A stretch of 64,000 bases of DNA from Octopus vulgaris (lineage: Eukaryota), in contig OX597815.1 of the NCBI GenBank assembly GCA_951406725.2, positions 13,330,001 to 13,394,000 of the forward strand, in the 5' to 3' direction. Below the pieces are notes generated by a model, which was given only the letters and a program-made list of their open reading frames with translations, made no database searches and had not been told where the DNA came from. The translations under genes were made by a program, and so were the position numbers. Of the stretch, positions 1 through 13,639 are shown piece after piece (position 1 is the stretch's first letter; every line of letters begins with the position of its first letter).

Positions 1-510
1 ATTCATAACCTGGAGACAAAACGGTGAAGTAATTCACTTTAGTCTATATTGATCGCATTTGAGTTGACATTAAATCAACATTGTGTCAACACGTCATGCA
101 GTATAGTATTGTGAACTTCAGTGTAGCACAAATAAGAACAAGGCCCGGATCATTTATTTTCTCTATTTTCCTATCATCATTATTGTAGTTTAGGTAAAAC
201 GCAACGACAAGTTAATGGAAAATATCAACTTAATATAAACTTCCATTCCAATTCTATATTAGTTCAATACAGAAAGGTACACACACACAGACATAAATGT
301 GTGTGTGTGTGTACACAGATTGGTTGAATGATAGATAGATAGATAGATCCTGGTTAAGCTGTTGATGTTATAGACTTTGAGTACTAAAAAATCCGACAGT
401 ATATCACACACACATAGAGAGGAACACTCACACACTGACACACATATTCGCGTACACGGACACGCTCACACACACATACAGGCAAACACAATGCAAACAA
501 AGAAATATGC

Positions 511-542
<32 letters not shown>

Positions 543-2010
543 TGAAAAAACCTTTGGGGGTGAGGAGGCTATATATTTCGATGCTATAATTTTCCTTCAA
601 GTGTTTTATGAAGTAAATTTTAGGGAACCACGAATGAAATGGCATAATATCTCAGTAACGAGACACGCAGACATGTTTCTTATTCTACTGTAATAAATAA
701 TATAGGATATAGCTTTTGTTATATTTAAACTTAGACAGTTGACAGAATGCACGAAGTAATTGTGTCTCTCTCTAAAATAAGGTTGTTCTCGTCTTAGGTG
801 AGTCGCCCTTCATATCGCTTCGAGCTTTGTAGAACTCATCATATTGCAAAATGACACCTTATCGCATTAAGAAGAAATTCTGTATGATTTCTTCAGTTCT
901 TTATAGCTCTAAATGACATTTGTGAACGTATCTAAACATCAGCTATATCGTAGAATCAATATTCTCAACTGTTTTCTTAGTTTCCACTCTTTTGCATTGG
1001 ATTGAGATTAAACATCAATCGTTCCAAATGGAACGATTATCGCATTATTTAATTCATATGTATACTATAACAAAATCCTTACAAGTAGATATTTAGATAT
1101 TAGCACGAACATTAGTTGCCACTAAGGTTGTCATGCCCTATATTCCGCGTAACTCTTGTATGTCTTTTATTTTTCTCATTTTCTTTTATTACATATATGC
1201 CTTGCAGATAAAGATGTTTTTTTTCAGTACACCCCATCCAGCCTATTGTTATCTTCTAATAACTTCAGAACCATTTATAGTCATTCACATGAAATTTTCT
1301 TTTTCGTTGAGACAATATAAATGTACTTATTCAAAGTTTAAGGCTTCCTTCCATGAACAATGATAAATTAAGAAAACAAGTGTAGTCACTTATATTATTG
1401 GTCAGTAAATTTGATAATGTTGACATCAACCTAAACATGCTTCTTGAAGCATTGTTTCGAAAAAACATAAAACTAATTAGAACTAGCGTTATCAATAAAG
1501 AAAACTTCATCACTTTACTCGACATGTTTGAGCAATTAACCAGATCTCTATTCGATTCATTCACGATGTTGGTAAGGTAGTCTCATCTGTTCAATGCTTC
1601 ATAAATGAAATAAATTACGGTCATGATTCAAGTGAGTATGAAATCTTCTCGGTCACCATCAGAGACAAAAGATTGAGCTATTGTAAAAGAGAACAGAAGT
1701 ATGAGTTTTGCAGTAAAATAGAGATATATTTTTTTTACAGGATTAACACATGAAACGTTTCTACAAAAGAGGATAATCTGGGAATACGCTGGGAGATATG
1801 TTAATGTGTGAAACAAACAGTTTATCGGTGTCATACCATTTTAATAGTCCTACTCATGTATCAAATATTCGTCAGAAGAATGTAAACATGGTGCGCGAGT
1901 GGATGCGATTTATGCATACGCATAAGCACAACACACACGCACATACACACATGAACACACAGGCATACACGCACGCACACACAAACACGCTCATATATAT
2001 ATATATATAT

Positions 2011-2236
2011 CTTTACTGCCCACAAGGGGCTAAACATAGAGGGGACAAACAAGGACAGACAAAGGGATTAAGTCGATTACATCAAACGCAGTGCGAAACT
2101 GGTACTTTATTTATCGACCCCGAAAGTATGAAAGGCAAAGTCGACCCGGGCGGAATTTGAACTCAGAACGTAACGACAGACGAAATACCGCTAAGCATTT
2201 AGCCCGGCGCGCTATCGTTTCTGTCAGCTCGCCGCC
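2011..2236 (-). mobile_element. tRNA-derived SINE, family B (head GGCGGCGAGCTGGCAGAA..., core GTCGACTTTGCCTTTCAT...)
   Basis: Reverse complement aligns over ~225 bp with copies at 13255, 22706, 49121 and 49968; A-box-like head and B-box-like GAGTTCAAATTCC; 3' end runs into (TA)n. Confidence 0.9.
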
Positions 2237-2241
2237 ACTAG

Positions 2242-2313
<72 letters not shown>

Positions 2314-2414
2314 AATAAATAAATGGAGTTTAACGCAGGTGTAATCCAATATTTTCACTTTCCGTATTTATTTTTTTTTTCGTGTTAATTGTTAACAAGT
2401 TAAAAATACACTCA

Positions 2415-2475
<61 letters not shown>

Positions 2476-2477
<2 letters not shown>

Positions 2478-2613
2478 CGGGAAAGTTTACGAAAATAAAC
2501 AAAAGACGAAGGCAGGTGGAGTACACACAAACAAATGTATTAGTATAGCGCTCAGGAATAGAAATAGAAAAAAGTATTTTACGTTTCGAGCCTACGCTCT
2601 TCGACAGAAAGAT
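2476..2613 (-). mobile_element. Short Penelope-pLTR-like element with variant minimal hammerhead motif
   Basis: Minus strand 2577-2610 reads ttt-CTGTCGA-a-gagc(gtag)gctc-GAAAC-GTA-aaa; same layout as the element at 62229-62420; lies between TA/TG microsatellites. Confidence 0.6.
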
Positions 2614-2622
2614 ATGGGTGTG

Positions 2623-2658
<36 letters not shown>

Positions 2659-3987
2659 GATGAATGTATATACGTTGACACAGATACAAGGACATGAGAC
2701 TAACATCACCTAGTCTTTAAAGAAAGATGAGAGAGGCAAAGTATGTTAACGAAATTTTTCACATTGTTTATTATTCAGCACAGTAGAATTTATATCGATA
2801 ATCTAAACGTGTATTCAAACAATGGCGTTACATGTTTCTCCAGGTATGTTGCAAAGTAACAGACATAATTTGAATTGTTTGTTCCGAAAAGTTAATACTC
2901 AGAATATTTTGAATGTGCGCATATCTTTTTTGCATGCTATGTGTCAGACATGAAGATCTGTGTCAAAATTTTACTGCATCAGGCAGTCAAACAAAATAAC
3001 AAATAGATGTTTTTATTTGCGTTGGTAACGTATTCATTGAAATGTCAGCTCCGAATGTTTTATCACAATGTTTATAGATAGCTATTGCTCTTGAAATCAT
3101 GATTTGAAAAATATACACGCACGCTTATAAGCACGAGTCTGTATATACACTGATACTTATACCCGAGTATTTGTTTGTTTGTTTGTGTATGTATGTATGT
3201 ATATATGTGTATATGTAGGTATAAATGTATGTGCATGTGTGCAGCGAATGATTAAATGTGTGTTCTCAGCGATTGGAAATTTGAGAAATTGGTTCGTATA
3301 ACGGAAGAAAATTCCCGCAAAGACCTGATTTCTTGCGGCCAAACCTACATGCATGTAAAAGGTTTCCCGAGTAAATATCCTGAGGAACAATCCGAATTCC
3401 ATGTTCCTAAGTTGTCCATCGCTGTCTGCAACATCGCTCCGAGAAATGTTGAGACACCACAGTGGCCAAACTACTGTGCTGCTTGGTTAGATCTAATACA
3501 GTAGAAGACTAAGTTGAACTCAAGCACTAAACTATCCCAGGTTGGACATGTAAAAAACATTCTAGAATTCTTTTAGTGGATTGTACAACACAGAATACCA
3601 GAGTACCAAGGATTTAACAGCCTACTTATAAAGGCAGAAATTCCAGTGTTAAGAGAAATGCTTTTGTATCGCATATATAAATAAATAAATGGAGTTAAAC
3701 GCTGGTGTTATTCAGGTCTTTATACTGCTGACATTATTTTCGAAGAAACGTAACTGAAGTATAAAGATGATTGCCATCCTGGTAACTATTATTTTTTTTC
3801 CGTACGCATTGAAAAAATACACATACATTTATATACACTTCACCCGGGTTTCTATATAACTTGCAAATAAAATAGTTACCATAGATGGAGTTATTTGGCA
3901 TAAACGCATCTCTTAAGGATATATGAAGTCCCTCAAGGAATGTTTTCCCTAAGCAAGTCATTAGTACGGCAAACACTTTTATTAAAC

Positions 3988-4258
3988 GTGAATTTTTCAA
4001 ACCCCAAAGAATCCCTCTCAACACATGGCTATGATGCTCCGCAACTACTTCTGCTCGTGATCAGAGATGCACATATCGTCAGCCACTAAGGGACATGCTC
4101 AACTCGTTAAGTCAGACAACTGACAAGAAAATCGGTGGTATCGAGCAGAATATTTGCTGTAGCCCATCTTTCATGCCAAGACAAAACAATGTACATGATA
4201 ACATTTCCAATCAATAAAGATCAGAAGCCATGAGAGCCACTGCCTGGTACTGCATCAG
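3988..4258. repeat. Non-coding interspersed repeat (family E), partial copy
   Basis: Closely matches 55650-55892 and, reversed, 63920-64000; abuts an AAT/ATT/CAT microsatellite. Confidence 0.85.
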
Positions 4259-4396
4259 AATTATAATAATAATAATAATAACAATAATATTATTGTTGTT
4301 ATTATTATTATTATTAATATCATCATCATCATCATCATCATTATTATCATCATTATTATCATTATTATTACAACTACTACTACTACTACTACTACT
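4259..4396. repeat. Compound trinucleotide microsatellite (AAT/ATT/CAT/TAC)
   Basis: Directly visible. Confidence 0.95.
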
Positions 4397-4397
4397 C

Positions 4398-4460
4398 CGG
4401 TTACTGGTTGGAATCTTGGGCTTAGTAGCCCGAACTCTTAACCACTACGCCATATGCCCG
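4398..4460 (-). mobile_element. tRNA-like head of SINE family D
   Basis: Reverse complement GGCGTAGTGGTTAAGAGTTCGGGCTACTAAGCCCAAGATTCC matches heads at 36605 and 53671. Confidence 0.75.
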
Positions 4461-4918
4461 TGGGCAATTATGGAGTGAATTTCAAGACTTATAAATCTTT
4501 TCCTATCCTTCCTTAATACCGTTTCCCACATGCTGCTCATATCTCCATATCTCGGTCTGCTTAGGAAGTTGTTGTGTCCTAGCATATGTGCTGTTTCTTT
4601 TAGTTTTCGTATTTTCAAATGCTGTTCTCTGTCTATTATTTTAAAATCATCTCACAAGAGGATGTGGCCACCATTATTCCATACATGATCAACTATACCC
4701 AATTTATCAATATCTTCTCGTGTCACACATTTCTACGTATATAATTATATATACATATACACATATATATATATATGCCTGTGTGTGTGTGTATGTGTGT
4801 GTATGTGTGTGTGTGTGTGTGAGTGTATGTATCTGTGTCTGTGTCTGTGGCTGTGTATACAAATTAGTATATATATATGTTTGCTATGCTTTATTATTTG
4901 ATGTCTTGCTTAACAATT

Positions 4919-4990
<72 letters not shown>

Positions 4991-5228
4991 ATGCAGTTAA
5001 ACGCAGGTGTTATTCAAATCTTTATAAAAGTATAAAACGGCGTAAAAGAATGCGATCTTAAAACATTTTAATAGAATGGGATGACTGCGTATAAGGTGAA
5101 TGGAACAGAGAGACTGTTGCACAAGTACCAGGCAGCTTCTCATTTATATCTGAATACACCTGTTCAACAAGTTACGTAGTTTCTACAAGGAGACAGCAAG
5201 CTTTCCTCGTCCATCGTCTTATTTCAAT

Positions 5229-5398
5229 AGGTACAAGCGTGGCTGTGTGGTAAGAAGTTTGCTTCTAACCACATGGTTCCTTGTTCAGTTCCACTGTGTC
5301 GTGATACCTTGCTCAAATGATATCTATTATAACATTGGGGCACCAAGTCCTCGTGAGTGGATTTGGTAAACGGCGACTGAAAGAAGCTCGTTGTATCT
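5229..5398 (+). mobile_element. SINE family A, diverged 5' half
   Basis: GTGGCTGTGTGGTAAGAAGTTTGC...GTTCAGTTCCACTG...GTGAGTGGATTTGGTA matches the copy at 24478; ends in (TG)n. Confidence 0.8.
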
Positions 5399-7136
5399 AT
5401 ATGTGTGTGTATTTGTTTGAGTGTTTGTGCGTGTGTGTATGCCTGCGTGTGTGCGCGTGTTTTTGTGTGAGTGTTTGTGTATTTGTGTGTATGTATGTGC
5501 GTGTAAATATCAGTGATGATACGTACAGTCGTATCAAACGGGGGCTTACACGATACGGTATCTCATACAGAATGAGAACCACTCGTTTTTAAAATCAAGA
5601 TGGAATACGTCTGATATATCAGAATTAAAATTGCTAGTCATATCATAGAACGTGTTATGTCTGATAATAATTTCGATGTGCTGGAAATCTGAATGATGTT
5701 GAATAAAACTATGCAGAAAGTAATAATGAAGAAATTTAGATAATATAGAGATAATAAAGGAAACTAGACAGCAACGAATTCGGAATTGCAACTAGACACC
5801 ATTGTGATAATGGCTAAAATTACATACTGTTGTGATAATAAATACAAGTTGAAACCATACTGATAATGACATGGGTAACGTATCAATAATGAATGTGATT
5901 AGATAGCCAAATGGAATATAATTCAGTCAGCTACGCACATACACACGCACATAAAATCTATATGTGCTTGCGTAGGTTTTATATGAATGTGTGTTAGAGT
6001 GTGTGTGAGGGCGGATGTGTATGTATGCATGTGTGTGCCTGCGCGTAGTATATAGACTGTTGCTATAACGATCACGCTGTTAGGCGTATTCACGATCTTG
6101 GCATCGTATTTTCGATTCCTAGAGAGGAAAGCTTGCTATCTCTTTGTAGAAACCACTTGAATTTTTGACCAAGTGTATTCAGATATAAATGAGAATCTAC
6201 CTAGTACTAGTGCAACAGTATCTCCGTTACTTACCCAAGCTGAATGCTGTTCCGGATTAATTGCATGGGTTGTGAGAGAGTTCGGCCTTTTGTGTCCTAA
6301 TTCACTTGCTCTTTACTTTTTGGTCCCTCTTTTTTAATTCTCCTTCTCTTTCTTTACTTATCTATTTTTTTCTGAGATTTCCTCTAACATGCTAAGAAGG
6401 ACAATGCTCGATGTATTGTAGCTTTTACTCTGTCATTTTTATTTTTTTCTTGAGTGTTACCTCCATAATATTAACTCAAAACGTCTCTTGATTTTTGCCG
6501 TTCCTGTGCTTTTTTTCTTATTTGTTATTTAAATTTCCTTTCTTTCCACATACACAAAAGCACATATATGTATAAATATAATAGTATACGCAGATATTCA
6601 TATGGATATGTGTGTGTGTTTGTGTTTGTGTGTTTGTACAGTACTTGAATAGCCGTCGTTGCCAGAATAGAATATATTATATAAATTTTTATAAATTCCA
6701 TATTAGAGTATGCAGTTACCGACAGATAAACCTCTTAATCAGGACAGATTTGAGCAAATTTTCGGAAAATTTTTCGTTGAGAATTTTGTTATTTTTTTGC
6801 ATAATTTTCATGTCTGTTCGACGGTTTCACATGATTTTCTTCCTTAAAACTTCAAAGTTTCTTACAACTTCGGCCGTCGTAATGCTTTGCTTTCGTTTAC
6901 TTAATAAAAATCCTCCTCCTAATGATTTTGCTTTCGTTTCCTGATATACAGCTATCATGCTTCCAACTGCCAGCTTTCAAATCCTGGTTGCTGATTAGTT
7001 AAAACAGGGGAGATAAGCACCTCCACCAAAAAAAGCCAGCACCAGAAATTAGTTTCATGGTAGTTGCCTTTCATAAGTCTGGAGTAGCTTTGCTTTGAAA
7101 GCTGTCGGTGATAATTCGCTGTTGAATACATAGATA

Positions 7137-7294
<158 letters not shown>

Positions 7295-7667
7295 AGGGAA
7301 TATTATTCCTAACTTACAGGCAAAAGTTCAATTTAGAAATGCTAAATCAAATTTCACAAAATATAATATATATATAAAAAAAATTAGAAAAACACCACGT
7401 TTTATCAACTCAAAAGGAACAATTAAATTACACCATCTAGAAAATTACATATAACAGAAATATTGAAATTAAAAAAAACAATAATATACCGAAGATTAAG
7501 TAAATTGCAACAACAATTCTATTTGTATAAATCTATTTGTATGTGTACACACACACACATACACAAACATACACACACATACACACATACACACATACAC
7601 ACACACACGCACGCACACAAACATACACACACATACACACATACACACATACACACACACACGCACG

Positions 7668-7703
<36 letters not shown>

Positions 7704-9995
7704 CATTTATAAACAGAATGACATATACTTGTATAATCACACATACATACATAAGCGCAAACAGGCTTGCATTGATACTTATATACGTGCATACATATAC
7801 GCGTACATTCATACATACATGCATATATCCAAACATAAATGCGTGCATGCATATATACATACATATACACACGCATACAAGATCCTACTTATTTTCCGAC
7901 TGTTACCATATAAATGTACTCAAGCCATCATTCACTTCTGAATTGATATGTGAGAGTGTTTACCTGAATTCAGTGGGATGCAAACCTTCATGTCACCTCC
8001 TCCGGTATTAAAGCAGGTATATTTGACTTGTTCTTTCTCATATAAGATCTCCACATTGTATTTCATTTCAAATAAGAATTTTCAATTATGTAGAGCCCCA
8101 TGTAAACCCTAAAGAAATATCCAACATTTCTTTTTCTAGGAAATTAATTGTGTGTATCGAAAGTCACGTAACTGATAATACCGAATGTTTTTTTTTAAAA
8201 AAGGGAATTCGTATTTAGTGAACACAAATCTACCATATAGTATTTACCTAACGCGTGCACTTTTCCTTAAGCCTTTTTGCAATGCAATGTCAAAGAGAAT
8301 GGATTCTAAGCAAGCAGATCTGGGAGCACTTTGAAATACTCAAGCATTATTCCTTACAATTTTAACACGAACGAATTATGAAGTTTAGCCTAGTTGTGTG
8401 AACTGCGCTATCCAACAACATTCCATCATCCAAACACTGATTCCATTAAGAGAATATAACATACCAAGTAAACAAAACATTTTCACCCACATCTTACTTC
8501 ATATGATTCACGTATACTCCTTTTGACAACGGAACACAAACGCACAAAATACATATCCAATATTCATAGTTGACATCAATTCCAAACATTACTTTCCGAC
8601 AGGTCCTTTTAAGTTCAGAGCCCATATAAAATTCCAGGTACACACAGACGAAGTGGAACACAGAGTTCACACTCCAATGTATAAATATATATTGACTGAC
8701 TGATTGTATCACCTTGACAGATGACAGCCGTCTCATCAACACACACACACACACCATATTCCATCACGCAGCACAATCCCCCCTTTGATTAGTTATCAGA
8801 TGACGTTGAAGACCAGCTGCTGACTGACAGGTTTTAAGATACAATTGACAAATTCCTACTACATCTTTACTTTTTGAAACCTGATTGTAAAGGAATGATT
8901 TTGCAAACTAGCATATGTCTTTTACTCCAGATATTGTCATACAAGTTTTGCGACATAGGACATACGATGTAAGAGGTAGTCTGGGTTCAAGATTATTACT
9001 TACCTGGGCATTTCGATTTTCATGTAACTTCATATGATTCACGTATCCTGCTTTTGACAACGGAACATAATCGCACAAAATGCATATCCATTATTCACAG
9101 TTCATTTCCGACAGGCCCTTTTAAGCTCAGAATGCTGTATCATCTTTTCCTCCCAGCCCTTACAACCAGTTCTAACCGTATATCGCCACTAATTCCAACC
9201 CAGAGTATCAGTTTCCTATTCACTTTTGTTCATATGTAGATTCTTCAGGTGTTCCTTCCGGTTTTCTTTCATATTCTATAACTTTCCCTTGGCTTATGTT
9301 GTGATCGCTTGACAGACTTGAGCTCACGATGAAAAAGACACTTTCACAATCGCTCATCTTTCATTCTAATAAGAAGTCCGGTCGATCACTTTTCACCCAA
9401 GATGACATGTTCAATTGAGTTACAACATTCCAGTGGCAAAACGTCTATATCCGATATGAAACAAACCCGCTCGACTATCAAGATATGCGTGAGGCACTTT
9501 TGGTAAGGTTGAGAGACTGAATGAAGGTCAAGGAAGTGATTAAGCGCAAGAATGCTCTCGTTGTGTGCGATTACCGTATATAAAGACTCGATATCGCGAG
9601 TTGAGAAGGATCAGAAGGGAAGGACAGAAAGTTATAGCGACGAAGAGCATGATTAGTGTCGTGAATGTGACGGAAGGAGAGCCACCAAGGAGGCAAGGAC
9701 ACAATTAAGATATTAGAGAGAGAGAGAGAGAGAGAGAAAGAGAGCGTGAGAGAGAGAGAGAGAAATATACATACACACATATATTTAATGCGAATGTGTC
9801 TATATTGGTGAATTAACTAGAGTAAATAATGATACACGATGGATGATAAAATAAGCTATTATATATATAATACTTTTTAAATAGCATTCACGTTGCTTTT
9901 GTATCATCTACTTTGATGGAGGAACAGTATTAAAATCTACCACGTTAACTATTACAGTATGTTTTCTTTTGACAGCCGATTCGTCTAATACATAC

Positions 9996-10067
<72 letters not shown>

Positions 10068-10369
10068 TTATTTATTTATTATTTATATAAAGATACAGTG
10101 TACATTTAAACACATAGAAGGAGTAGTTAAATATATATATATAATTTCAGGATAGCAAAGAAAATTAAGAAAGTTTCTTTGCTACCGGTGTCTAGCGAGA
10201 GAAGAAAAACTAGTCAATAGACTATATATTATTCTTATAAAAATACAGTGTACATTTAAACACATAAGAGATAGCCATAACAAGACATCTGACCCGCTAG
10301 AAGGAGTAGTTAAACTCCAAACCACTATTTCGAAAGGGAATTTAAAATAAAAAAAAATTACCCTCTATT

Positions 10370-11012
10370 TCTAGGAAATTAATCACAAGAATGAATAATT
10401 TTTTAATCAAATTGTAACATGTGGAAAATAGATCCAATAAAACAACTGTAAACGTTCATCACAATGGTTGGAGAAAGACGAGCCGCCAAAACACAGTCCA
10501 AATAGCAAACTTCAGGAAAAGAAGCTGATGGTATCTGTTTGCTGGTCTGGCGCAGGTGTGAGTCATTATGATTTCATTAAACCTGGCTCATCAACCCCGG
10601 CCGAAGTATACTGCAACCAGCTGGACCCAACTGATGCTAAAACTTACAAAAATGCGCAGCCTAGATTAGTGAACAGACCCACTCCTAGTCTATTGCAAGA
10701 CAATGCCAGACCATTACTCCATCATCTACCAGACTCACCGGATCTTGCCCCCACTGAATACCACTTCTTGAAGAATTTCGATAGTTTGATAGAATTGATT
10801 CCGACGATGAGGCAAAAGAGGCCTTCCAAGATCTTATTGACTTTTGATTGCCAGGCTTTTAGAGTTCTGGACTGGACAAGCTACCGCTGAAATAGTAAAA
10901 GTGTATTGACAATATGGGTGCATACTTGATGAATGGCACTATACCTTGGATTTATGAAATAATAGCAAACTTTTTTCTTCTCTATAAATTTCCTATTTGA
11001 CGACCTAATATA
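10370..11012 (+). mobile_element. Mariner transposase relic (catalytic domain and probable 3' TIR), 5' part missing
   Basis: Translation gives IVTC, KKLMVSVCWS, YCNQLD, LQDNARP and PDSPDLAPTEYHF, matching mariner IVTCDEKW / HDNARP / YSPDLAPxDYHLF; has stops and deletions; ends ...GACGACCTAATA then TA. Confidence 0.9.
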
Positions 11013-11062
11013 TATGTAATGCATGAATAATATCATTTAATTGAAGTTTTTCGATTTACTAT

Positions 11063-11274
11063 ATCTTTTCTACTCTATGCACAAGGCCCGGAATTTTGAG
11101 GGAGGGGCCCAGTCAATAAGATCGATCCCAGTATGCAACTGGTACTTAATTTATCGACCCCGAAACGATGAAAGACAAAGTTTGCCTCAGCGGAATTCGA
11201 ACTTGGAACATAAAGAGAGACGAAATACCGCTAAGCTTTTCGCCCGGTGTGATAACGCTTCTGCCAACTCGACG
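11063..11274 (-). mobile_element. SINE family B, variant 3' tail
   Basis: Shares head and core (ACTGGTACTTAATTTATCGACCCCGAAA) with the 2011 copy but has a different tail (GGCCTTGTGCATAGAGTAGAAAAG on minus). Confidence 0.8.
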
Positions 11275-11329
11275 ACTTTTACGATTTACTATATCACATA
11301 AGTGATGTGCTGCTTCATGTGTGTGTAAT

Positions 11330-11532
11330 ATTAGTTTCAAGTTCAGGCACAACGCAAGCAGGTTTGGGTGAGGAGCTAAGTCGATTAAATTGACCCAGTC
11401 ACTTATTTTATCGATCACAAAAGGATAAACGACAAAGTTAACCCCGGAGGAATTTGAGTTCAGAACGTGAAGACGGACGAAATAGGGCCAAGCTTTTCTC
11501 CGGTGTCCTAACGGTTTTGCAAGTTCACCACC
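11330..11532 (-). mobile_element. SINE family B, degenerate
   Basis: GGAATTTGAGTTCAGAACGTGAAGACGGACGAAAT resembles the family B head region. Confidence 0.7.
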
Positions 11533-11900
11533 TCACATGTGTGTGCAATAATTATACCACTGAACTGAAGCAAATTCGCTAAGCCACATTAATAATGAAT
11601 GTCACTACATTACTTTGATTCTTTTATATATTTACTTCTACAGAATATCTTTCTAAATAAACTGAAAATGCGTCTGCGACGATATCTAGGAAGGCTGGTA
11701 TACTTTTTTACCATTTGGCCTTAAAGACGTGTCCACATCCGTACTGTCTCAGTTTATATGACAAACACTTTATTGTTGGGTAGCATAAGAGATAACTCGT
11801 TTGTTGTTTTTTTCTTCTAAGATCGTAAGCACCCCAAGGAGAAGTTAATTCGTGTTTTCGTTATAATTATATGTTATATACATGAAATATTTCAATATAT

Positions 11901-12129
11901 CTCTTTTTTTTCTCTTTTACTCTTTTACTTGACTGCGGCCATGCTGGAGCACCGCCTTTAGTCGATCAAATCGACCCCGGGACTTATTCTTTGTAAACCC
12001 AGTACTTATTCTATCGGTCTCTTTTGCCGAACCGCTAAGTAACGGGGACGTAAACACACCAGCATCGGTTGTCAAGCAATGCTAGGAGGACAAACACAGA
12101 CACACAGACACACACACACACACACACAT

Positions 12130-12166
<37 letters not shown>

Positions 12167-12299
12167 TACGACAGGCTTCTTTCAGTTTCCGTCTACCAAA
12201 TCCACTCACAAGGCATTCGTCAGCCCGGGGCTATAGCAGAAGACACATGCCCAAGATGCCACGCAGTGGGACTGAACCCGCAACATCCACTCCTGCGCC
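11901..12299 (-). mobile_element. SINE family A with internal (TA)/(TG) tract and GTAAAAGA-type tail; deletion in head
   Basis: Matches copies at 24478, 39031 and 59284; lacks ~30 bp of the tRNA-like head. Confidence 0.9.
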
Positions 12300-13194
12300 T
12301 ATTATTAATTGCTGTTCTATGCGTTATTCATTAATTATATACAGTTTCAGGTTTAATTATTGTTTCGAACTCATAGATCGAAAACGGATGAAACTAGCAT
12401 CGTCTAAATGACTGAATATGTTTCTTTCCCATCTAAATCATTCAGTGCATATAATTAGGAAACTAGAAATATCTCGTGTCTACACAGCATCTTATCTTAT
12501 TGAAACATAGCTCAAAAAGTCACAAAGACAGTTTTGTATCCGAGGACTCTAGCAATAATTCGAATTTATCTCCATCATATATATGTGTTAACCGATTTTT
12601 CACTTTTATCCTTTTAATGAGTAAGACATTTTTCGTTCAGGGTGAGTTCAGTACAAACATATACCTAAAGGGTGTTAAATCTATTTTGCACTTACTTAAT
12701 GATAATTGAAATGATCATTATTTCTCTAGAAGTTTTCATTGTTCAGACAAATGACCAAGGATGTGTGAATAAGTAAATTCTGGAATATAGACATTTGGAC
12801 TCTATTAACCTTCTTAACACCATGAAGATACAAAAATATATATAAAATTGCTTTATTATTCCAAAATGTGTAATCTTCGGCGAAGGAAGTGTTTTCTAAT
12901 ATGCCTACTTCCCAAAACTAGTTGTATTCACTCTATTTTAAACACGTCATATTACACGAAAGTTTTGCAACAAAAGTAAACTAATTCAAGCTTGTTTCGT
13001 GCCCACACCCCTTTCCATTTCCTTTTTTTCTTTATAAATATCACAGTTTAAGAAAGACCGTTTAGATATGACCCTTTGCAGTGCCGGACAGGTAAATATT
13101 TTATAGAGGGAGATATGACAAAAGCAAAGCTCGAAAAGGGAACAATTAAAATTCCATAGACTGGCTAATCACTTGTTATTCATAGAGTGATCAA

Positions 13195-13560
13195 GGCGGC
13201 GAGCTGGAAGAGTCGTTAGCCCGCTGGTGAAAATGCTTAGCGGTATTTCGTCCGGGGAGATAGCAGAAACGTTAGCACGCCGGGCGAAATGCTTTGCGGT
13301 ATTTCGTCCACCGCTGCGTTCTGAGTTCAAATTCCGCCGAGGTCGACTTTGCCTTTCATCCTTTCGGGGTCGATGAATTAAGTACCAGTTACGCACTGGG
13401 GTCGATGTAATCGACTTAATCCGTTTGTCTCTCCTTGTTTGTCTTTTCTGTATTTAGCCCCCAGTGGGTAGTAAACAAATAGGCATTTCGTCCGTCTTTA
13501 CGTTCTGAATTCATATTTCGAAATGGTCGACTTTCCCTTTTATATTTTCTTGATCGCTAA
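13195..13560 (+). mobile_element. SINE family B copy interrupted by a second family B copy (13255-13481)
   Basis: Host head 13195-13254 resumes at 13495; target-site duplication GGTATTTCGTCCG (13242-13254) / GGCATTTCGTCCG (13482-13494). Confidence 0.85.
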
Positions 13561-13572
13561 AATAGGTTTAGT

Positions 13573-13636
13573 TTGAATTCTGGGGTCGTTGCATTCTGGG
13601 GTCGTTGCATTCTGGGGTCGTTGAATTCTGGGGTCG
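13573..13636. repeat. 16-bp minisatellite x4 (TTG[A/C]ATTCTGGGGTCG)
   Basis: Four tandem units visible; unit resembles the SINE B motif ACTGGGGTCG. Confidence 0.9.
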
Positions 13637-13639
13637 TAG

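Noticed and set aside
3256-3504. 82-aa ORF after a possible splice acceptor
   Set aside because: No recognisable homology, donor site or partner exons; cannot be supported as a host exon
6968-7105. 11-bp inverted repeat CAGCTTTCAAA/TTTGAAAGCTG about 110 bp apart
   Set aside because: Too short, and without TSD or a second copy in the window, to call an element
10084-10315. Short direct duplication (ATACAGTGTACATTTAAACACATA...AGAAGGAGTAGTTAAA); a similar one lies at 14528-14700
   Set aside because: Ordinary slippage-type local duplications next to TA tracts
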